Position numbers and translations under genes: made by a program
Part shown: one piece after another, positions 1 to 8,366 of the stretch
Numbering within the stretch: the stretch's first letter is position 1
How the letters are laid out: every line of letters begins with the position of its first letter
Assembly (NCBI GenBank): GCA_021801885.1
Contig: JAKABL010000001.1
Span: 1 to 30,494, forward strand
Length of the DNA stretch: 30,494 bases
Reading direction: 5' to 3'
Origin: a bacterium
GTDB lineage: Bacteria; Patescibacteriota; Minisyncoccia; UBA6257; 2-01-FULL-56-20
Notes under the pieces: model-generated
What the model was told of the DNA's origin: nothing
The model's database searches: none
The model's input: only the letters and a program-made list of their open reading frames with translations

Positions 1-921
1 CTTCATGAACCGCGCGCGCTTGGCCGCCGGAAGCTCGGGAATGGACGCACGGATCGTCTCGAGATCGAGCGTCGCCGTTTCGAACGGCGGGATATCGGGC
101 TCGGGGAAATAGCGGTAATCCTGCGCCTCCTCCTTGGAGCGCTGGGAAACGGTCTTCTGCGCCGCATCGTCCCATCCGCGCGTCTCCTGCATAATCCTCT
201 CCCCCTTCTCGAGGAGCGCGGTCTGTCGCGCGATCTCATAATTGATCGCCTGGAACACCGAATTGAAAGAGTTCAAATTTTTGACTTCCGCGCGCACCCC
301 GAGCGGCGCGCCGTCCTTGGCGAGCGAAATGTTCGCATCGGCACGCATCTGCCCCCGCTCAAGATCGGCATCGCTCACTCCGAGATAGCGAAGCACGAGC
401 TGGAGCTCCTTCATGAACGCGACGGCGTCCTCCGCGCTATGGAGGTCCGGTTCGGTCACGAGCTCCATGAGCGGCACCCCCGCGCGGTTATAATCCACAA
501 GCGTATCACCGGCCTCAGCACCTTTCCCCTCTCCCCCTTCGTCATGCACGAGCTTCCCCGCATCCTCTTCGAGATGGATATGGTTCACGTGTACGCCATG
601 GAGCATACCGCCCACGACGAGCGGTTCCCCGTTCTGGGTGATCTGATATGCCTTTGGCAGGTCCGGATAGAAATAGTTCTTGCGATCGAAATGCGTGCGT
701 GCCGAAGGGATGGCGCCGATCGCGATCCCCACCTTCACGACATGTGCGATGGCGGCCTTGTTCGGCACGGGGAGTGTCCCGGGATGCCCCATGCAGACCG
801 GACACACGTTCACGTTCGGACGCGTCTCGTCGGGATCGTTCAACGAGTCGCAGAACATCTTGGTGCGGGTCTTCAGCTCCGCATGGACCTCGAGACCAAT
901 GGTAGGACGATAATCGCTCAT
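1..921 (-). CDS. gatB: Asp/Glu-tRNA(Asn/Gln) amidotransferase subunit B; 3' end runs off the window
   Basis: Manual translation from ATG at 921: MSDYRPTIGLEVHAELKTRTKMFC...RKNYFYPDLPKAYQISQY...HLEEDAGKL...DYNRAGVPLMELVTEPD...EVKNLNSF...QETRGWD...DYRYFPEPDIPP. Not in the ORF track because it has no stop codon in the window. Confidence 0.97.
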   Translation of the reverse strand, partial: MSDYRPTIGLEVHAELKTRTKMFCDSLNDPDETRPNVNVCPVCMGHPGTLPVPNKAAIAHVVKVGIAIGAIPSARTHFDRKNYFYPDLPKAYQITQNGEPLVVGGMLHGVHVNHIHLEEDAGKLVHDEGGEGKGAEAGDTLVDYNRAGVPLMELVTEPDLHSAEDAVAFMKELQLVLRYLGVSDADLERGQMRADANISLAKDGAPLGVRAEVKNLNSFNSVFQAINYEIARQTALLEKGERIMQETRGWDDAAQKTVSQRSKEEAQDYRYFPEPDIPPFETATLDLETIRASIPELPAAKRARFMK

Positions 922-928
922 ACGCCCA

Positions 929-957
929 ATGATAGCCGAAAAGAAGCTATCCCTCAA
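929..957 (-). promoter_or_regulatory. sigma70-type promoter of gatB (probably leaderless)
   Basis: Minus strand TTGAGG-N17-TATCAT, 7 nt before the gatB ATG. Confidence 0.6.
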
Positions 958-1047
958 GGAATTGAAGGGTTGCCGGCCATCGCTCTTCGCCTCACGCATG
1001 GGGCACTGCGCCGGGCATTCCACCGTCCCCATGATCCGTAGATACAA

Positions 1048-1074
1048 AAAACGGCCGCGTAGCGCGGCCGTTTT
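1048..1074 (-). terminator. Intrinsic terminator
   Basis: Perfect stem AAAACGGCCGCG-tag-CGCGGCCGTTTT; T-run of 6 on the minus strand. Confidence 0.8.
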
Positions 1075-1227
1075 CCCCTGTCGCATCGTAACGTTATTCC
1101 ACCGTGATCCCCATAGTTCTCGTGCAACCTCGAATAATTTAAAAAAATCTGCGAAAGCCAGTCGAATATTAATAGCTTTTAAGTTGCAATTTGATGATAG
1201 CACGAAATCCATCCGGTCGTGCTGGTC

Positions 1228-1261
1228 GTCGGCTGTGGATAAACGCCCCGCTATGACATGC
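1228..1261. repeat. Left end (attL-like) of integrated element; imperfect inverted repeat of 12634-12664
   Basis: GTCGGC-tgtgga-TAAACGCCCC-gc-TATGAcATGC versus reverse complement of the right end GTCGGC-aaatc-TAAACGCCCC-TATGAgATGC. Confidence 0.6.
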
Positions 1262-1272
1262 TTTTAAAAAAG

Positions 1273-2217
1273 CTATTCTCCCCGCAAACTGCGATAGGCC
1301 TCTTCCCGATCCTTCCCAAAAAGCATCGTATACGGATACGAGCTCTCCACCCTGGCGTGGCCCATCATGCTCGAAATGACGAAATTGTTTGCTTTCTTTT
1401 TCGCCAGATCGCGGCCGAACAGGTGCCGGAAGGAATGAGGATTGATGATAGGCAGTCCCGCTCTGTTCGAGTATTTGCGGAATAGTTCGGAAACATAACC
1501 GACCTGCAACCTTCTTCCCTTCGCGGAATAGTTCGACGCGCTCCCGCCCGCCTTGATTCCGAAGAACACCGCCTTCGGCTCGTCGAGCTCCATCGTCGTG
1601 AGAAATTTCTCGCGGGTCGCAACCCACTTCTTGAGCTGTTCGTTTGCCTCGCGCCCCCAGAAGATCTCCCGATATGGCAGCTCGCCGCGCGACTTTTCCG
1701 TCTTGATCCGCGCCGACTTCCTACCAAGATCGATGTCGTCCATGTCGAGCGCGACGATCTCGCCGTTGCGCGCCCCGGTGTCATGGATGAGCATGAGGAT
1801 CGCCTTGTCGCGGACCGCATACGTAATCTCGCCGCACTTCCCCTCGTCCTTCACCGCCGCCAGCAACCGTTCATACTGCTCTTCGGTTGCCACCCGTGGG
1901 AACTTGAACACTTTTCTTGGTATCGGGATGAGATCCGGATCGAAGCCCACTTGGATGCGGCGGCGGAACATGTGCTCGAAGAACAGTTTGAGCGCAATCG
2001 CTTTTTTGATCCGCGTGTTGTCGTCGTACCCGAGCGACTGCACGACCCCCAGCCAGCTTTCACATTCTTCGAGCGTGATCGATTCCACTTCCCGATCAAC
2101 GTCCCGCATGTAGAACATGAAGTCCGAGAGGTGCATGAAATCCTGCGTAACCGTCCGCGACTTCCTCGTCTGGTGCCGGGAATTCAGATACAGGTTTATT
2201 GCATCGTTGAGTTTCAT
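1273..2217 (-). CDS. Tyrosine recombinase/integrase (XerC/D-like)
   Basis: RDKAILMLIHDTGARNGE (catalytic R), KTEK, HSFRH (HxxR), MMGHA and terminal Y (SSYPYT). ATG at 2217 preferred over GTG at 2247, which lies inside the upstream terminator hairpin. Confidence 0.93.
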   Translation of the reverse strand: MKLNDAINLYLNSRHQTRKSRTVTQDFMHLSDFMFYMRDVDREVESITLEECESWLGVVQSLGYDDNTRIKKAIALKLFFEHMFRRRIQVGFDPDLIPIPRKVFKFPRVATEEQYERLLAAVKDEGKCGEITYAVRDKAILMLIHDTGARNGEIVALDMDDIDLGRKSARIKTEKSRGELPYREIFWGREANEQLKKWVATREKFLTTMELDEPKAVFFGIKAGGSASNYSAKGRRLQVGYVSELFRKYSNRAGLPIINPHSFRHLFGRDLAKKKANNFVISSMMGHARVESSYPYTMLFGKDREEAYRSLRGE

Positions 2218-2235
2218 ATTTAATTTATTTTTAAC

Positions 2236-2446
2236 GCAAAAGCCCACCGATACGACTCAGTGGGCCTTGCGCGGAGACAATCCTTGCAGATTGCTCCAGG
2301 GCGTCATTCTACTCGAAAAACGCCGAAAATACGAGACCCCATTGGTCGTATCGCGCCTTGCGGCAGATCCCTTTCGGGACAATGGGTTTTATGCTGTTTT
2401 ATCGACCTTGCCGGACTATACGGCGGTTCGTTTCCGCCGTCCAGTT
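2236..2446 (-). ncRNA. Putative structured cis-regulatory leader RNA/attenuator of the integrase
   Basis: Several hairpins with GNRA loops (tccc-GAAA-ggga, gcc-GCAA-ggc, caatct-GCAA-ggattg), ending in gcccactga-gtcgta-tcggtgggc-TTTT just upstream of the int ATG; 2345-2353 is complementary to 2248-2256. Confidence 0.55.
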
Positions 2447-2584
2447 ATGTCATAGCTAAATTGTTTTTGAGGTAGGTTTTGTCAGTACGATTGTGAGTTA
2501 TGAACACTTTGGCATTTGATTCGACCTTGACGGCGGGGTTTAAAATGAAGGCGTGCTCGCCTGTTTAAGACGCCCTTCATTTTA

Positions 2585-2860
2585 ATGGTGAACTCAACGA
2601 CAACATGCAGCTATGCGAACCCCCTCGTTCTTACGAAGGGCGCTTTAAACCCCGCTTCGGGAAACGACAGCGGGGCGTTCCAATTCGGCAGCTCAACGTG
2701 CACCACGCTTTACGCGCAAAGCACCTCCACCAATCCCAGTTATTATAATGGGTTCACCTACGGCGAAATAGTTATTTCTGTGCTTCTTCTGTTGATAACT
2801 GTCGCGACACTCTATAGCTTCTTCTGGTTTAGTGTGAAAGGTGTGAAAATCAGGCAGTGA
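2585..2860 (+). CDS. Small membrane protein (Ser/Thr-rich N-terminus, C-terminal TM helix, basic tail); possibly a minor virion-like protein
   Basis: 91 aa ending ...GFTYGEIVISVLLLLITVATLYSFFWFSVKGVKIRQ. Confidence 0.7.
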   Translation: MVNSTTTCSYANPLVLTKGALNPASGNDSGAFQFGSSTCTTLYAQSTSTNPSYYNGFTYGEIVISVLLLLITVATLYSFFWFSVKGVKIRQ

Positions 2861-2975
2861 TTTTTCATATTTGCTTTAGAAATAATTTATGTATAAAAGC
2901 GTATAATGTTATGCACATGGAGCAATATGGCAACCACGCGGCTTTATGTGTTAAAATAACTGTATTGCGAGGCGC

Positions 2976-3004
2976 TTGATTTTCGGGCATTCTGATGGTA
3001 CAAT
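2976..3004 (+). promoter_or_regulatory. sigma70 promoter of the antitoxin-fic operon
   Basis: TTGATT-N17-TACAAT with an extended -10 TG. Confidence 0.7.
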
Positions 3005-3031
3005 AAGGTCTCGATCATTGGCACTAAAAAT

Positions 3032-3256
3032 ATGAAAAAGCGCGTCATTCCAAATATTGAGAACCAACTGAAGAAATTGGTTGAGTTGCAGTTGGAAGTG
3101 GAAAAATTGCCGCCGCTCACTCCTGTCGAAAAGGCGAAGTTCGAACAGTCGCTTGCGATCGATCAGCTCTATTATTCGAGCAAGCTCGAAGGGAGCGAGC
3201 TCACGACCAAAATGATCGATAAAGCGATTCATGGCAAGAAGCTTTCGGCGGCCTAA
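3032..3256 (+). CDS. Fic antitoxin (alpha-inh motif)
   Basis: 74 aa containing SSKLEG, matching (S/T)xxxE(G/N); overlaps the fic start by 26 nt. Confidence 0.75.
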   Translation: MKKRVIPNIENQLKKLVELQLEVEKLPPLTPVEKAKFEQSLAIDQLYYSSKLEGSELTTKMIDKAIHGKKLSAA

Positions 3257-3887
3257 GGACGACGAAGAACTTCAGGAATTGGAAGCCGCCGGGCTATGGC
3301 GTGCTCAAGCGCTCGCGAAAGAGATCGGCGAGAGCAGCGAAAAGATAACCCTCGAAATCATCTTGCGTATTCACAAGGTGTTTTTCGAGCACGCCAACCC
3401 GGACATTGCGGGAAGATTTCGCCGTAGCGGCGAAGATATAAAGAAGCTGAAATACATCGAGCCACCGCTCGGAACCGGCGTGCAAATGCGAATGTACGAG
3501 TTCTGGCGCGACTTCGACACTCGCCTTTCGCAAGTGCCACAACTTCCCAAGACCGCAGGCAAACGGGCATCCCAACATGCACTCGCAAAGCGTAATGATG
3601 CCGTGATAACCCTCGGAGCGTGGACGCAACACCAGATCGCCGCAATCCATCCGTTTTGCGAGGGCAACGGCCGTATGGCCCGCCTCCTTACCAACCTTAT
3701 TTTGTATCGCTTCAAGCTTCAGCCCACGGATATAAAATACCAAGGCGAAAACCGCGTCGCCTATCTCGAAGCACTTGGCGCGATCGATCAGCACGACGAT
3801 TATCGCCATCTGAAGCAATTAATCATTAAAGGGATGATGAGCTCGTATCGGCGTCTTGCGGAGACAAGAAAGCGAATGGCGAAATAG
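3231..3887 (+). CDS. Fic-domain protein (AMP-transferase toxin)
   Basis: Canonical motif HPFCEGNGRMAR; 218 aa. Confidence 0.92.
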   Translation: MARSFRRPKDDEELQELEAAGLWRAQALAKEIGESSEKITLEIILRIHKVFFEHANPDIAGRFRRSGEDIKKLKYIEPPLGTGVQMRMYEFWRDFDTRLSQVPQLPKTAGKRASQHALAKRNDAVITLGAWTQHQIAAIHPFCEGNGRMARLLTNLILYRFKLQPTDIKYQGENRVAYLEALGAIDQHDDYRHLKQLIIKGMMSSYRRLAETRKRMAK

Positions 3888-3951
3888 CTGTGTACCGGAC
3901 AATGTAAAGTATTGCCGCTATACTAAAACTGGGCGGCAAGCAAAAAATCCC

Positions 3952-5018
<1,067 letters not shown>

Positions 5019-5205
5019 GGATGGAAATGCGAACGACACCCTTGGCTCTGCGGGAGGGCGCATTCCGCGCGATCCCGCAGAGGAACGGATGATATTTTCC
5101 CTTTCGGGAAGGAAGAGGGGCAGTAGCCGTCTTGGCGCAGACATGCGCGCGATGCGCGCAGGGATCCGTGAATCCCCTGTTCGGGCCAATGCATTCGATG
5201 ATGAA
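5019..5205 (-). ncRNA. Structured spacer between TR and RT (3' part of DGR RNA)
   Basis: Stems 5046-5055/5073-5082 (10 bp perfect), 5097-5110 (GAAA loop on the sense strand) and 5144-5160. Confidence 0.6.
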
Positions 5206-5320
5206 TACTGGGCACAGCGGAATCCGATGTTGTTGTTCGTGTTGCCGGGAGTATTGTTCAGGTTGAGTGTCTCCACCCCCGCATTCGCGCCATTGTTCCA
5301 ATTGCCGCCGCGGATGAAAC
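5206..5320 (-). repeat. DGR template repeat (TR)
   Basis: 115-bp copy of 5804-5918 with 13 mismatches, all at TR adenines on the sense strand; rich in AAC/AAT codons; lies between avd and RT. Confidence 0.97.
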
Positions 5321-5380
5321 TCCACTGTGGTGCACCCCTGTCCCTGCCCGGCGATGCCGGGCATCTTCCATTCTACCGCA

Positions 5381-5731
5381 TCACGCCGCGTTCGGCTGGG
5401 GAAATCGCGCCATCCATCCCGCGAGCATCCGGCCGATCTCGTTCATGCGCTCCGCCGCGAAGCCGTATTGCCGCACACTCATGAACCGGAGGTCTTTCGC
5501 GAGGCGGACAAGCATGCGGAGTTCGTCGAGATCCGCGCTCGCGGCGGCGAGTAGGGTATGTTTCTCCCGCGCGGCGTTCGCGACGATGAACGCGTGGATG
5601 AGGTCGATGGTCTTATTCTCAATGCGCTGGCCGAGCACGAACCGCTGGCTCTTGGGGAATTTGTTCACGACGGGATGCAACCACAGCATGAAGTCGTAGG
5701 TCTTTTGGTAGATGGCAAGGTCGTCCAGCAT
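5381..5731 (-). CDS. avd: DGR accessory variability determinant (Avd-like four-helix bundle)
   Basis: 116 aa, LAIYQKTYDFMLWL...KFPKSQRFVLGQRIEN...LDELRMLVRLAKDL...EIGRMLAGW; sits directly upstream of TR. Confidence 0.92.
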   Translation of the reverse strand: MLDDLAIYQKTYDFMLWLHPVVNKFPKSQRFVLGQRIENKTIDLIHAFIVANAAREKHTLLAAASADLDELRMLVRLAKDLRFMSVRQYGFAAERMNEIGRMLAGWMARFPQPNAA

Positions 5732-5802
5732 GGCGGAAGGAGGCAGAGGCAGAAAGAAAAAATGCGAAGATAGATTGCAGATTTCAGATGGCTACGCGGC
5801 GG

Positions 5803-7326
5803 CTACCGGGCACAGCGGAATCCGACGCTGTTGTTCGTGCCGCCGGGAGTAAGGCTCAGGTTGAGTGTCTCCACCCCCGCATTCGCGCCATTGCCCCAAC
5901 CGCCGCCGCGGAGGAAACCATAGACGGTGGTATTGCCCGAGGTGCCGTCGGAATATATTTCGCCCATGCCTTGTGTAGAGCTCCATGCGTTGTTGAGAGG
6001 CCCCGCGGTCTGCTGAGTCATCGTGCCCCAGTTCGTGATCGCGGTATATTGGCGCCAGGTGAAGCCCGGGCTGCCGCCATACGGCTCGTTCTGTCCCTGG
6101 ATCGTGTCGCTCGTCCACTGCCAGAGGTTGCCCGCCATGTCCCAGACGATGCTGCCGTTCGAGAGCGTGAGGGTGCGGATCTGGGAATTCGCCGATCCCG
6201 TGCCGCCGCAGGAGGAAGGGCCGTCGGTGCCCACGCAGTTCTGGGAATCGCTTGTGGAAGGGAGGCTTGCGTTTGCGGGAATGTTGTCGTTGTGTCCCGA
6301 ATACACATAGTTCGTACCCACCGTGCCGCCGTACCAGTTTGATCCCTGCCCCTCCGCGTTCCAGGCGATGGTCTGCCACTCCGCGTTCGTCATGAGATGG
6401 GCGCCGATCGAAGCGCAGTAGCTCGCGGCCTGGGTCTGGGACACGTCCACGATGGGATAGCCGGTGGCGATCGAGGCGGGGGCATAGCCGTTCGCTTGGG
6501 AACAGTTGTTCGTATTCACACCCGCGCCCCCATTGTTGTAACCGTTCACGGCGGTGCCATCCAAAGGAGAGGTGAGGCCCACACCCGTCGTGCGGTTCAC
6601 GCATGACGCGTCGTACTTCATCACCATGAAATTGCCGGTACCGAAGGTGCTGTTGCCGGGGACGGGCACCCAGGCGCCCGTGAGGTTGGCGGCGGAGCCG
6701 ACCGTGAAGGCGAGAGGATTCTGCACGAGCATCGCCTGATATTTCTGGGATTCGGGGACGGCCGTGACGCGGAAGGTGGTGCCGAAGGATTCGTAGGTGT
6801 AGTAAAAGTTGCTTGAGGTGGAATTCACGGGATCGACGGGGAGGGAGCCGAAGGGGCTTCCAGCGCTAATGCTATTGAAATTGATCGGCAGCCAGCCGGT
6901 GGTCGAAGCGTTGCGATAGGTGCTTGATGCGGCGCAGTGGAAAGATCCGCCTGCGAGGAAATTGCCGCTCATAAGGGAGCAGTCCGTGCCTGCGGTCGAG
7001 GTGGCATTCGGATCGGGAATGGAAACGTAGGTGACGGATGAGGTGCCGAGGGAGAAATTGGAAGCGCCCCCTTGGTCAGTGGTATACAAATTGATCGCCG
7101 AGTTCAGGGTGGCAAGGTCGGAGAGGCGGTTCGCATCCCTCGATTGGGCGAGAAGCTGGGCGGGATTGAGGGTCAAGACGACGACCACCGCCAAAATGGC
7201 GATGATCGCGATCACGACGAGAAGCTCGATGAGGGTGAAGCCCTTATCGAGCATGGCCGCAGGTGGAATTACTCTCTCTCTCTCTCTCTCGGAGCGATTA
7301 TTCCGAACAAAAGCTGGGTTGCCCAT
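5803..7326 (-). CDS. DGR target: type IV pilin-like N-terminus fused to a C-terminal C-type-lectin (FGE-sulfatase-like) variable domain; alternative start at 7254
   Basis: Class III signal KG|FTLIELLVVIAIIAIL...; CLec/FGE motifs HLMTNAEWQ, WDMAGNLWQWT and RGGGW...GFRC; VR at the C-terminus. Confidence 0.9.
   Translation of the reverse strand: MGNPAFVRNNRSERERERVIPPAAMLDKGFTLIELLVVIAIIAILAVVVVLTLNPAQLLAQSRDANRLSDLATLNSAINLYTTDQGGASNFSLGTSSVTYVSIPDPNATSTAGTDCSLMSGNFLAGGSFHCAASSTYRNASTTGWLPINFNSISAGSPFGSLPVDPVNSTSSNFYYTYESFGTTFRVTAVPESQKYQAMLVQNPLAFTVGSAANLTGAWVPVPGNSTFGTGNFMVMKYDASCVNRTTGVGLTSPLDGTAVNGYNNGGAGVNTNNCSQANGYAPASIATGYPIVDVSQTQAASYCASIGAHLMTNAEWQTIAWNAEGQGSNWYGGTVGTNYVYSGHNDNIPANASLPSTSDSQNCVGTDGPSSCGGTGSANSQIRTLTLSNGSIVWDMAGNLWQWTSDTIQGQNEPYGGSPGFTWRQYTAITNWGTMTQQTAGPLNNAWSSTQGMGEIYSDGTSGNTTVYGFLRGGGWGNGANAGVETLNLSLTPGGTNNSVGFRCAR
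5804..5918 (-). repeat. DGR variable repeat (VR) at the 3' end of the target gene
   Basis: Encodes FLRGGGWGNGANAGVETLNLSLTPGGTNNSVGFRCAR, differing from TR only at adenine positions. Confidence 0.97.
7272..7290. repeat. (GA)9G microsatellite in the leader of the DGR target gene
   Basis: ctctctctctctctctctc at 7272-7290, between ATG 7326 and the pilin cleavage site; currently in frame. Confidence 0.95.
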
Positions 7327-7332
7327 AGGAAT

Positions 7333-7341
7333 ATCATACCA
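7333..7341 (-). promoter_or_regulatory. Extended -10 promoter for the pilin-avd-TR-RT transcript
   Basis: TGGTATGAT, 6 nt upstream of ATG 7326. Confidence 0.55.
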
Positions 7342-7367
7342 TATACCGATGAAATCCCTGTGTAAAA

Positions 7368-8357
7368 CTAAGATTCCGCCGCCTTTATTCCCCGCATCAC
7401 CTCCGCTGCCACTTGCGGCACGATGGCGTTCCCAAGCGCCTTTATCCGCTCGATCCGGTGTCCTTTCGCGGTTAGCTCGCGTCCGTCCAGGCGGGCGGAA
7501 AGCCCATCATCCACTCCACAAAGAGCGGTTGCAGCCTCAAGCCAGCCGATCCCTGAATCGTCTCCCCAAAATTTGATTTGCCCCGATCCGTAGAGCCAGC
7601 CCTGCTGTCCTGCGCCTTGGGCGTGGGCAAAAGTTCGGGCAGGCGCGGCAGGATCTGCCCCAGGCGCGCGCCGTGCCGCACCCCTTTCGCTTTCGATCGG
7701 CGGAAAAACACCCCGTTCTTGAACTGCACAGTTTTCGTGTATTCCCCTCCCGTCGTCTCGCTCGCGACGGGCGTCGGCGCCATATTGGGCAACGATCCAG
7801 ACCCTGTCCCTCCGGTGCGGGGCTTGGACGGCGCAAGCTGGAATAATAAACGGCTGGACGGCGTAGCCTTCGTTTTCCAAGTCAGAGAGCACCTGGTCGA
7901 GCGCCAGGCGGACGATCCCAGCAACATTCTCGCCAATGATCCAACGGGGTCGCGTCTCTTGTATGACCCGTAGCATGTGAGGCCAGAGATAACGGTCATC
8001 CGCACTGCCTCGACGCTTCCCGGCGACACTGAAAGGCTGGCACGGGAATCCGCCCGTGAGGAGATCGAGCGCAAGGCGTCGGGCAGGTTCATGCTGTGCT
8101 TGCTTCCCTTTTTCGTCTGCGAGCTTTTGAGGTTCGGCGTGAACGTGTCCGCCGCGGTCGGCGTCGGCAAGAAGTCGCTCGACCGATAGCTCCCTGATGT
8201 CTCCATAGATTTTCGCATGAGGAAAGTTTTTCTTTAATATCGCCTGACAAAATTCATTGTTGTCGCAAAAGCCGACGTTCTCATACTCGTCGCCCCACGT
8301 CCACTGCGCCGCGAGGGCGAACCCGCCAATGCCGGAAAAAAGATCAAGGTGTCGCAT
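7368..8357 (-). CDS. C5-cytosine DNA methyltransferase, large (alpha) polypeptide
   Basis: Motif I FSGIGG, IV GFPCQ, VI ENV, VIII PHRRDRVW and X KALGNAIVPQV; motif IX not seen in this frame. Confidence 0.93.
   Translation of the reverse strand: MRHLDLFSGIGGFALAAQWTWGDEYENVGFCDNNEFCQAILKKNFPHAKIYGDIRELSVERLLADADRGGHVHAEPQKLADEKGKQAQHEPARRLALDLLTGGFPCQPFSVAGKRRGSADDRYLWPHMLRVIQETRPRWIIGENVAGIVRLALDQVLSDLENEGYAVQPFIIPACAVQAPHRRDRVWIVAQYGADARRERDDGRGIHENCAVQERGVFPPIESERGAARRAPGADPAAPARTFAHAQGAGQQGWLYGSGQIKFWGDDSGIGWLEAATALCGVDDGLSARLDGRELTAKGHRIERIKALGNAIVPQVAAEVMRGIKAAES
7472..8218 (-). CDS. Overlapping alternative-frame ORF, putative beta polypeptide of the methyltransferase (true start uncertain)
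   Basis: 248 codons open in a shifted frame wholly inside the MTase gene; three PTP repeats (LPTPTAAD, APTPVASE, LPTPKAQD); ends in motif IX-like LQPLFVEWMMGFPPAWT. Confidence 0.72.
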   Translation of the reverse strand: MRKSMETSGSYRSSDFLPTPTAADTFTPNLKSSQTKKGSKHSMNLPDALRSISSRADSRASLSVSPGSVEAVRMTVISGLTCYGSYKRRDPVGSLARMLLGSSAWRSTRCSLTWKTKATPSSRLLFQLAPSKPRTGGTGSGSLPNMAPTPVASETTGGEYTKTVQFKNGVFFRRSKAKGVRHGARLGQILPRLPELLPTPKAQDSRAGSTDRGKSNFGETIQGSAGLRLQPLFVEWMMGFPPAWTDAS

Positions 8358-8366
8358 GTCATTGGA

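Noticed and set aside
439-1041. 200-aa plus-strand ORF and neighbouring short ORFs
   Set aside because: Antisense to gatB, which the ORF track missed because it has no stop in the window.
1261-1279. CTTTTAAA...CTATTCT similarity to 12756-12770 as a direct-repeat att core
   Set aside because: Short, AT-rich and gapped, and would place the rplK terminator inside the element; the inverted-repeat ends are better supported.
2881-2960. dif-like site for XerCD-mediated integration
   Set aside because: Only partial TTATG-type matches; no 11-6-11 dif architecture.
3895-3940. Possible plus-strand promoter (CGGACA-N17-TATACT) making an antisense RNA to the RT
   Set aside because: Weak -35, and it runs directly into the bidirectional terminator; insufficient support.
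5732-5802. GC-rich hairpin/cruciform expected downstream of VR
   Set aside because: Only short direct repeats (GTAGCC, ATCTG) found; no convincing inverted repeat, so none is reported.
5206-5918. TR/VR duplication as a CRISPR array or simple gene duplication
   Set aside because: Only two copies, with adenine-specific mismatches and adjacent avd and RT; no CRISPR array or cas gene seen in the window.
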